Translations under genes and position numbers: made by a program
NCBI GenBank assembly: GCA_013265495.1
Contig: MU058423.1
Coordinates: 5,500,745-5,564,744, forward strand
Reading direction: 5' to 3'
DNA length: 64,000 nt
Source: Vicugna vicugna
Taxonomy: Eukaryota
The notes under the pieces: model-generated
Database searches by the model: none
What the model was told of the DNA's origin: nothing
Seen by the model: only the letters and a program-made list of their open reading frames with translations
Shown here: piece after piece, positions 54,556-64,000 of the stretch
Position numbering within the stretch: position 1 is the first letter of the stretch
How the letters are laid out: the number at the start of each line of letters is the position of its first letter

Positions 54556-54842
54556 AGAGGGAGGAAAGCCACGGGCCAAAATGACAAGAGCGGGAAGACT
54601 CTGAACTCATATCCTCTCACAGACACACCAATCTCACAACTAATTGCAGAGCAACTATTTATGAGAATGAGCAGAACACTAGCAAAAATGAATTTTCCAC
54701 AACTGAAGACATAAAGAAGAAACCACAAGTAGACAGGCAGGAGTGGCAGAGATGGCATATAGTCAGGATGCACTCCTCAGATAGGCAACCCACCAATGGA
54801 AGGAATGTAAAAATTAGAGCCACACTGGGTTCCCTAGCCCAG
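54556..54842 (+). mobile_element. L1 5'UTR start
   Basis: caaaatgacaagagcgggaagactctgaactcatatcctctcacagacacacca resembles old L1M 5' ends. Confidence 0.6.
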
Positions 54843-55700
54843 TGGTGGCAAGAATGTGGAGAAACAGGAATTCTCAAACACTGCTGGTGGGAATGCAAAA
54901 GGGTACATCTACTTTGAAAGACAATATGTTTTTTAAGAAAATTAGATATACTTTTACCATACTATCCAGCAATCGCACTCCTTGGTATTTACCCAAAGGA
55001 GTCGAAAACTTATATCCACACAAAATCCTGGTGTTTAAAAAAACATGTTGATATTTATAAAAATTAATGTTTATAGCAGCTTTATTCATAATTGCCAAAA
55101 CTTGGAAGCAACCAAGATGCCATTCACTAGATGACTGGATTAATGAACTGTGGTACCATGCAGACAGTGGAATATTATTCAGCACTAAAAAGAAGTGAGT
55201 TATCAAGCAATGAAAAGACATGGAGCAACCTTAAAAGTAAATTACTAAGTAAAAGAAGCCAATATGAGAAGGATACATAATTTATGATTCCAACTATATG
55301 ACATTCTAGAAAAGACAAAACTATGGAGACAGTAAAAAAGATCAGGTTAGTTGCCAGAGGTGGCTGGGGAGGGAGAGGAATGAATAGGCAGAGCACAGAG
55401 GAGTGAAAGGACAGTGAAAACACTATATACTATAACATAATAATGAATATTTGTCATCATATATTTGGCCAAACCCACAGAATATACAACACAGAAAGCT
55501 AACCCTTAGCTAAACTTTGGACTCTGGGTGGTCATCATGTGTCAATGCAGGTTCATAAATTGCAATATATGCACCATTCTGGTGAATGATGTTGACAATG
55601 GGGAAGGTTATGCACGTGTGGGAGCAGGGGGTATGTGGGACATCCCTGTATCTGCCTCTTAATTTTCTGTAAATAAAACTGCTATATAAATAGACTAAAA
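54843..55700 (+). mobile_element. L1MC1-like 3' end
   Basis: gccaaaacttggaagcaaccaagatg...taaactttggactctgggtg...taaaactgctat. Confidence 0.88.
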
Positions 55701-55858
55701 AGCTGGAGGGAAGGTCATTTTTATATGACTCCATCAAATTGAATATAAATCAGTAATGGTAAATATACTAACTCTGAAAAATGAACAAAGAAAAAAATGT
55801 TTTTTGAAGGTATAGAAAGGACAATTCTAAAATATCAGAGAAGTTTTTGCCAAAACTA

Positions 55859-55988
55859 CACACACACACACACACACACAGAGTTTTTGCCACTATATAA
55901 ATGATTAAAAACCATCACCATATATATATACATACATATACAGTGATACCATTATATATATATATGTATGTATGTATATATATATATA
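55859..55988. repeat. (CA)n followed by TA-rich simple repeats
   Basis: Seen directly. Confidence 0.85.
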
Positions 55989-56867
55989 GTTTTTAATGAA
56001 GGAAAAAGAATGTAGCTTTAGTGAGTGGTTGATGACTGTTCTGGAGATTTAGGTAGATACTTCCTCTATGAAGCTAAAATAAACAAACGTTCCTATAGAT
56101 TTCCTTATACATGCTATTTCCAAATCCTTATCAGCCAGCTATTCCTAATCTCATTCCAAGAGAGGCTATGTGGGAAATTCTTCCAAAATTTACTTTAAAT
56201 ATTGTTGTCAATAACACCATATCAGTAAGGCAATGGATATACCTTACTCATAATTTGTCTCGCCCTCACACCAACACCCTATAGAATTGGACCTGCTTCT
56301 CTCTAGAAATATTCTTCCTCTTGCATTTTGTTAATACCATAAAATGTCGTTTTACTTTCCCCTGTTATTTCTCTGATCATTCCTTCTCAGTACTTTGTCT
56401 CGTCCTCCTCATCTATATATTCATTCACTTTCAGAGGCTTTCTGGGTTTGTACTTGCTCCTTCGTTTTCCTTTTCAACCTGCATCTACACTCACTGACTC
56501 CATCATACACTGTGTGTAAAAGCCCTCATGTTTGTATCTCCAGTTAAGATTGCTCCAGAGCCAGTACCTGTAACTTCTTATGACATCCAGCTCTAAATGT
56601 CTCACAGGTGCTTCCTACTTAACACCATTTTCCCTCCAAACATACTGCTCTTTCTGTGCTTCCTAAATCAGGAGATTACACCATGCTTCGCCCACTTCCC
56701 GTAATTTAAAAATCTGGAATTATTCTTAATGTTCAACTCTTTTCCTAGCAATTCTATTTATAAACCCAGTTTATTCTAGTCTATCTATACATGTCGGAAA
56801 CACATCCCCTGTCTTGTTCCTCACTGTCAACTGAAAATCACTTCTTCTGTAGACTACTGTAATATTC

Positions 56868-57284
56868 TTTTTTAATTTATTGAAGTGTAATTGACTTAAA
56901 ATGTTCTATTAGTTTCAGGTGTACAACATAGTTATTTGACATTTTTATAGCTTACACATCGTACAGAATTATAAAATACTGACCATGTTCCCTGTGTTGT
57001 ACAATAAATCCCTGTGAGTAATTCACTTTATAACTGACATTCTGTACCTCTTAGTCCCCTTTACCTTTCTCCCCTCTGATAAGCACTAGTTGTTCTCTGA
57101 ATCTGTGAGTCTGTTTCTTGTTATATCTGTTCACTTGTTTTGTTTTTCAGGTTCCAGATATACGTGAAAATATATAGTATTCATCTTTCTCTGTATGATT
57201 TATTTCACTAAGTATAATACCCTGCAGGTCCATCCATATTGTCAACAGATGAATGGATCAAGATGTGGCACGTGTGTATATACA
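56868..57284 (-). mobile_element. 5'-truncated L1 3' end with a short inverted 5' segment (57242-57284)
   Basis: Antisense 3'UTR up to ggtccatccatattg, then sense tcaacagatgaatggat...gatgtgg. Confidence 0.75.
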
Positions 57285-59633
57285 CACCTCTACCCTTCAG
57301 ACAGGACTCACTGTCCACTCCTCCCTATAACTACCCTGAGACTCATGGATGATTCCTATGTAGCTAACTCTATAAATCTTTTATTTGAGATGTTCATCAT
57401 TAATAAATGTTCTCTCTGTTGCAACAGCTTGAATAAAACCACCTCCTAACTATCCAGTACATAGTGACTTAGACAAGAGAAAGCTTGTAATTTTGGATAT
57501 ACTACTTTTACTCTTTTTATTTATGAATTGTTTGGGTTTCTAAATGTATAGTAAAATATATGTGTGCCCATGCATATACACATATTATTCATCTGAAGTA
57601 AATGAAACTAGTAATAAAATAAGAGAAATACTAATTTATGTAATAATTTTCATAAACTATATACCTGGATACATATGCACATAACAGTTTATGGTAGCTA
57701 AATACATGAAGAGATTAAATAGAAATAAGCAATTTCAAGTTCTTCAACTAACTGTAATTTTTTAAAAGTCCAAACAAAAAGATCCTTGAAATCTTAATAT
57801 TTTTTTCCTTTGAATTCAGCCAAAATCATTAGACTTTAAAATGTTAGTACCACAAAAAATATCAGAAAGATTCTAATGAATAACTTAAAAGAGTAACAGG
57901 TTCAGAAATCTCTCCACTTAAAAAATGATTTTATATTTTTATTTTCCTGCAGTAGGAATACAGAAATAAGGCTCAGGGTTTGTTCAGTGGCATACTGCAG
58001 TCATACCGCGGATATGAATTCCATCCTACTAAAGAGATCGTAGGGAAGACATGTGGGTTTCCTGCTCAACCTCTGTACTCAAACTTTACATTCCAGAAGA
58101 GAAATGTTGTGTCTCATGATACCTTCCTCTCTCCTAGCAACCGCAGTATTAGAATTCAAACTGCTAACATTCTAAAATTCTCTTTTTAAACAGGGATAGA
58201 ACAAGATGAAAAAAAAGTTATAATAGAAATATATATGGGAACAAAATATGTATGTAATGTAGAAGCCTGCATAACCACAACCATCTAGAGTGGAGGGGGG
58301 AAAAGCCTCAAAGATCTGGTAGACTTACAAATCAATCCCTTTAATATGTTTTCAATCAATTCAATTTTTTCTTCCTTTAATCATATGTCAAATGATCTAA
58401 AATAAGCAAATGTTTTTTTTACAGTTGGCAAAGCAACCATAGGTATAAGGAACAGCATAATAATAATCAGAAAATAGAATTCACCCTTACAGATAAGCTT
58501 TTGGAAAATATATCACCAAGTGAATAGACTATGCAAAAAAATCCTAAGAATTATTGTTTGAGCTAAATTAAAAAAAAAACTCAAAAACTTCTTAACATTA
58601 GGGAAGAAACACTACCAAATAACATACCTAAATAAATATACAAAACAATCATTTTTTCCCTATCAAAATAGACATATCTTTATTTCAAAGAATTGCAATG
58701 ACACTGTATCTAACTAAAATAATAGCCACAAGAGGTGAAATGTTTTTTCAAGAAGCAGGAACACACTATTAAACAATACAGTTTTAGAAATTTTTTGTTA
58801 GAAATCTATTAAATACAGTACATTGCAGAAAGGTAGGGAAGTGTCAGACCCTCAAGTTTGATTCTTAACTGGGTCAATCAGTTAGTTATACATTGACCCA
58901 AGGCACTGAGTGCACCTAAAAGTTCATATAGCATATACTGTCTTCAGCCTCAAGGTACGTATGATTCTATTAAAACATCTGTATAGTTAGAGAAAAAATT
59001 AAGGTTTTATATCCTAAAGTCCGATATTCATCTAGAGTTGGTGAATTTCCCTTTAGAGTGAGAAACAATAGAATAGGTAAACTGTGACACCGTTCTATCC
59101 TATTCAAGTAAGTTTTATTAAGATATGTATACATTTCCCATAAATAAATTATCAAATTGCTACAAAATAAGACTAATCCTTAAAAATTTTGTTAGGAAAC
59201 AATGCAGAGTTTCAAAGGGATACAACTGAGGAAAACTCAGAAAGTGAGAAGCTTAAGGACAGCACATAAATGTCAAGTGATTTGGAAATTGGGGCAAGTG
59301 CATGTAGTTACACTGATTTCTTTTTTTAGGTACATATTTGCTTTAGTGGATGAAAACATTTTAAAACTCCAAGAGAATACAGACATTTACATTTTTTAAT
59401 TCAATTATGTCTTTTTTTCAGTGTTAACTACCTATCCAATTCAAACAAATTATGCTCAATGGAGTGTTTACATTTCGATTCAAATTTTATGATCTGGTGC
59501 TCATTATATAAAATATGCAAGTCATAATCTTGTCCTTCAGATATCCATAAGAGAAAAGATTTCTGAAGGGAAATTTCTGAGGTAAAACATAGATTTAAAA
59601 AAATAAGTAAAATATTATGATTTTTGTTAAACA

Positions 59634-60861
59634 CATGCAGCTTTCACTTTATACAGTAGTGTGGAATCATAAAAATGTGAACACTGAAACTATGCAGTTT
59701 TCATAATCAATGGGAAAAATTATGACTGTTCCATGACCTTTAATACATTTTTGGTTAAAACATTAAAAACTTCCACACCATTGTTTATAAATGTATAGGG
59801 AAATGAAAAAACAGTAAAATATGAATTTAGTACATTATAATTTGAAACACTGGAAACATGGAGAATTAAAATGTTTTATTTCTTTACTCAAAAATCTTAT
59901 GAAGAATAGTTCAAAAAGTGATTGCTTTCTTCTTGCTGCATAACTTAAAATCCTAAGCCAGTATCTTTCCTATGCCTTAGCAAACAGTCATACTCCTTTC
60001 TAAGTCTGGATCAGCTAGAGACATTTTGGCTCTTGGCACTTATTAAAAAATTTTATTGAGATGTAATTGGCATACAACATACTGTGTGAGTTTAAGGTAT
60101 ACAATGTGTTGATTTGATGCATTTATATATTGCAATATGATTACCACCATAGCTTTAGCTAACACCTCTATCACGTCACCTAATGAGCCTCTGCACTTGT
60201 AACGTCATGAAATACCTGTGGGAGATCTTTTAAGGTTAAGTTTTTTATTATTTTCAGTTACTTTGATTCATCTTCACTCTTTTCACCATAATCACTTTCC
60301 TCATTTATGTTGATAAATTCACCTTCACTAAGTTCTTCTGGCAGAATGTTCCAGTGTCAACATTCTCAGGGTCAGCTATTTCAACTACAGTATGTTCTAT
60401 ATTATATACATATGTATAATATTTCTAAATGGATATTACTATATAAAAATTACATATAGATATTATACATAATATATAGATTATATCTATATACTATTAA
60501 TATATAATATCATATTACTTATAATGTATATTTCATTATATGCAGTTCAATTTTTGTAGTATGTCAGATTTATCACTAGGAGACAAGGGGGTAACACAAC
60601 TACACTCTTTACTATCTGTGTGTAAACTGAGTCACCAGAAATAATGTAATTGGTCATTACTCATGATGCACATCTTTTGTTTACATAGGGATTTGTGGAT
60701 GGCGATTAGCAACAAAATTTGTACTTTATACAATTATAGCTAATACTTTGTGCTAACTGAAAATTGAACCATGTTGTTGAAGCATGGGTGTTATTTTACC
60801 TAACCCGTAATAACTGAAACAAATATGTGCATAACAGAAATACACAAAGTGAGGATTATCT
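59634..60861 (-). mobile_element. Tigger DNA transposon (TcMar-Tigger, Tigger6a-like) containing an L1 3' end (about 60042-60186) and a TA-rich tract
   Basis: Degenerate terminal inverted repeats (cagctttcacttt / aaagtgaggatt); minus strand ...aaataacaccc...aacaacatggttcaattttcagtta...aaagtacaaa matches my recollection of Tigger6. Confidence 0.7.
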
Positions 60862-60974
60862 TTCTTAAAACCTAAACATCTCTGAAAACATCCAAGTTTC
60901 ATTTTTTTCCAATAGTAACTTTTTCTACTTAAACTTACTTCCCTTTGTGCAGGAAAGGGTTAATTCAGAGCCTT

Positions 60975-61529
60975 TGTGTTGTGTGAACTCTGCATTCACA
61001 AAAAAGGACTAGTTGGCCAGCTCATGGAAGATGAGTTCTGATCCTGTGGAATATTTGAACTTACAAGTGTATTTTTCTATGCCTAAGGCCTTTGGTCATA
61101 AGGGGCCAGCTTGATCAGGCAGTTTATGCTAACAGTGTGATTTACAGTACACACGTTTTTGCTTTTGGGGGGCTGGCATCTGAGTAGGTGAGGTCAGTCA
61201 TTCAGGTGTTACATAACTATGTGATTGACCTCCAATACAAACCCTGGACGTCGAGGTTTAGACGGGCTTCCATGGTTGACACCACTTTGCTTGTGTTGTC
61301 ATACATTGTTGATGGGAGAATTACACAAACCCCTGTAACTGCATGAGATGAAGACACCTGGAAGCTTGTGCCTGGTTTCTCCAGGGCGCTGCCTATATGC
61401 CTCTCCTTTGCTAATTTTAATTTGCATTCTTTCACTGTAAAAGTATATAGAACCATTAGTAAAACACCATTTCTAAGATCTTCTAGTGAATCATCAAGCT
61501 TAAGGGTGGCTTTTGGGACCCTTGACACA
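60975..61529 (+). mobile_element. MER21-family LTR
   Basis: gtttatgctaac...ctggaagcttgtgcctggtttctcc...ctagtgaatcatcaa...gggacccttgacaca. Confidence 0.8.
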
Positions 61530-62770
61530 CCTGTTTTATCTTAAGCTGCATGGCATGCAAGCCTCTTCTTAAACATACTTTTATTATATGGAGACCAAAT
61601 ATTTTTAAAGAGGAATAAAACATCCATGGTCCTTGCCTACATGATGCTTTAACAGAGAAGAGAAAATAGATAACAATCAAGTGAACAAAAATATTATTTG
61701 GGGTTGTATTTAGTGCTACAAAAAATCAGCAAGTGATGATGTGATTTTAGATAGGAGGGTAACATGTAAGAAAGTAACATGCACGCAGGAACTAGGATGA
61801 ATTATGGGGACAATATGGCGCAGGGACAATAACTGAAACATTCCTGAGATGAGGACACTAAGAAGGCTAGTGTAGCTTAAGCAGACGCAGTGAAGAGACT
61901 GAGATAAAACATTTTCAGAAAAGTAGATATAGGCCAATCTACAGGGGGCTTATAAGGTATGAAAAAGAGTCTTTCATACATATGATAAAAGTAACAACCT
62001 AATGTATTTTAAATATATGACTGTGGCCACTTGTATACAATAGACTAAAAGAAGAAAAGTGGGTAGAAGCATGGAAATTAAAAAAGAAAATAAGGTTTAA
62101 GTGAATATATTAAGCAACAATTATTTGCCTGAGTCTGTGGCATGAAGTATGTCAACAGAGATGTATGTTTGGAAATATTTACCTTATAAATTATAATAAA
62201 ACACATGGGATTACTTAAAAAGCATCCAAAGTTGTTGTAGAGGGTCATGAGTAATAAGAAATGGAGTTTTCCAACATTTAAAAGGCAGAAAAGAAAAAAA
62301 CTTTGAATGGAGTTTTCCAAGTGGTAGGAGAAAAATCAGGATTGAATGGAGAAATATTTCTAACAGGCAGGACCACCTATACCAAATGCTTTCAGATACA
62401 AAATATGTTAAGGACTGATACGTGGTCATTAACATTTGATTTACACAGAAGTTTCTGGGGGATTGAGAAGAGCAGTTTCAACCAAGTAAATGTCTGAGAG
62501 CTGGGTTGAGAAATTGAATGACAGAGAAAAACGTGGAGATAGAAAATAGTTTTTAGAGTTTTGTTATAAGGTAAAGCAAAAGATATAGTACGTTGAGAAA
62601 CTACAGGCAAAGAAAGTTTTCCTTTATGGACCAGAGAAAACACATGTTTATATATTAACAACAATAAACCATAATGAGGAAAAACTGATAATGCAGGAGA
62701 AAAGAAATTCTAGCATGTCCTATTTTATCCTTCAATTGCTCTCAACAGATAATCTCCCCTCTCAGCTTTA

Positions 62771-63800
62771 CATTCATTCATTCAATAAAAATTATTTCCT
62801 GAACACCTACTCTGTGCTGGACCCTGTTCTAGGCACTTGGGGTATATCACTTAATAAAATAGACAAGATCGCTGATGCCTTGAATTCTGGTTGGGGAAGA
62901 TGTGTAATAAGAAATAAATTTAATAAATGGATTAAAATATATTGTTTAAAGGGAATAACTATAAGAATAAAAGAAAAGTAAAGCCAGGTAAGAGAGATCA
63001 AGAGTCTGAGGAAGGGAAGTAATAGCGTGGCTAATTATAGTCTATGATAAGAGAGTAACATTTGAGTAAAGAATTGAAAGACGTGAAGAAGTTAGCCTTG
63101 AACATAAAGGATAAGGGTGCACCAGGCAAATTTCTAGTGCATAGACCATAAAATGAACGTGTGCCTAGACTTACTGGAGGAGCGGTAAAGGAGACAGGGT
63201 GCCTGGAGCACAGTGAAGAGAGAATACCACAGAGTAGACCATTGTGAAGCTCTGATTAATTTACTCTATATGACATGAACAATCACTGCAGGGTTTGAGC
63301 AGCAGAATGACAAGATCAAGTTTAGGTCTTTTAAAGGACCATTCTCTGCATGCTGCAATAGAACCTGGCTCTCTAGAATAGGAACAAAAGCACAAAGACC
63401 ACTTAGAGGGCCTATTACAGTAATCCAGGTAACGGATGATAGCAGTTTGCTCTCAGGTTGGAGCAGCGGAAGGAGTAAGAAGTGGTCATATTTTACATGT
63501 GTTCTAAAGGGAGAACCAATATAACTTTCTGATATATTGGATTTAGATTGCAAAAGAAGTGAGGAATCAAGGATGACTCCAGTGTCCTTAATCTGTGCAA
63601 ACACAAAGATGGAGTTTTAGTAAAATGAGATGAGGAAGGCTGTGAATAGAGGTTTTCAAGGTGATGGTCACAAGTTCAGTTTTTGATTTTTTAAGGTTGA
63701 GGTAATATAATAACCATTCAAATAGCAAGGTTGAAAAGGTAGCTGAATATAATAATCTAGAGTTTTTAAGAGATTTAGACCAGAAAAAATAGCACTAATA
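62771..63800 (-). mobile_element. L2a long 3' fragment
   Basis: cattcattcattcaataaa...acctactctgtgctgg...gaggaatcaaggatgactcc. Confidence 0.88.
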
Positions 63801-64000
63801 TGCAAAAGTATCTTTAATTTCCTGTAACCATCAGTCACTGGCACAAGATGCATCCTTTCTCTTCTCTTCTTCTGCAATGAATGACACAGACCTTCCCTAT
63901 ACACAGACTATTTTTTCTAATATACCTGACATCCTGGCCCCACTCGCCTTTTTGACCATTAATGTGCCATTTATTTCACTTCTTCCTTTTTCACATGCAT

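Noticed and set aside
1..64000. Supplied ORF track as protein-coding genes
   Set aside because: All ORFs are 141 aa or shorter. The recognisable ones are broken L1 ORF1/ORF2 or ERV-L pol frames; the rest look like chance ORFs in repeats or AT-rich DNA
1..64000. CRISPR array, operon, prophage or other prokaryotic system
   Set aside because: Mammalian repeat landscape; the only direct repeats are two-copy duplications, TSDs and microsatellites

Overview
This is mammalian genomic DNA, not prokaryotic: AT-rich, CpG-depleted and dominated by interspersed repeats (L1, L2, MIR, MLT/ERVL/ERV1 LTRs, MER5, Tigger). Two tRNA-derived Vic-1-type SINEs point to a camelid (alpaca, llama or camel). I find no intact protein-coding gene. 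The supplied ORFs are chance ORFs or decayed L1/ERVL frames, and there is no CRISPR array, operon or other system I can support as novel. The most notable observations are: (1) an L1 insertion carrying about 0.66 kb of 3'-transduced DNA between 17-bp target-site duplications (24116-25284); (2) a candidate spliced minus-strand transcript with a CACCC/CATAAAA promoter and three GTGAGT-donor exons (10.6 kb to 0.26 kb); (3) a poly(A)-less insert resembling a decayed C2H2 zinc-finger gene inside an old L1; (4) a tRNA-Arg fragment fused head-to-head with a truncated L1; (5) two ERV-L remnants. Repeat family names come from my recollection of consensus sequences. Most boundaries are approximate (tens of bp) and need RepeatMasker/Dfam confirmation.
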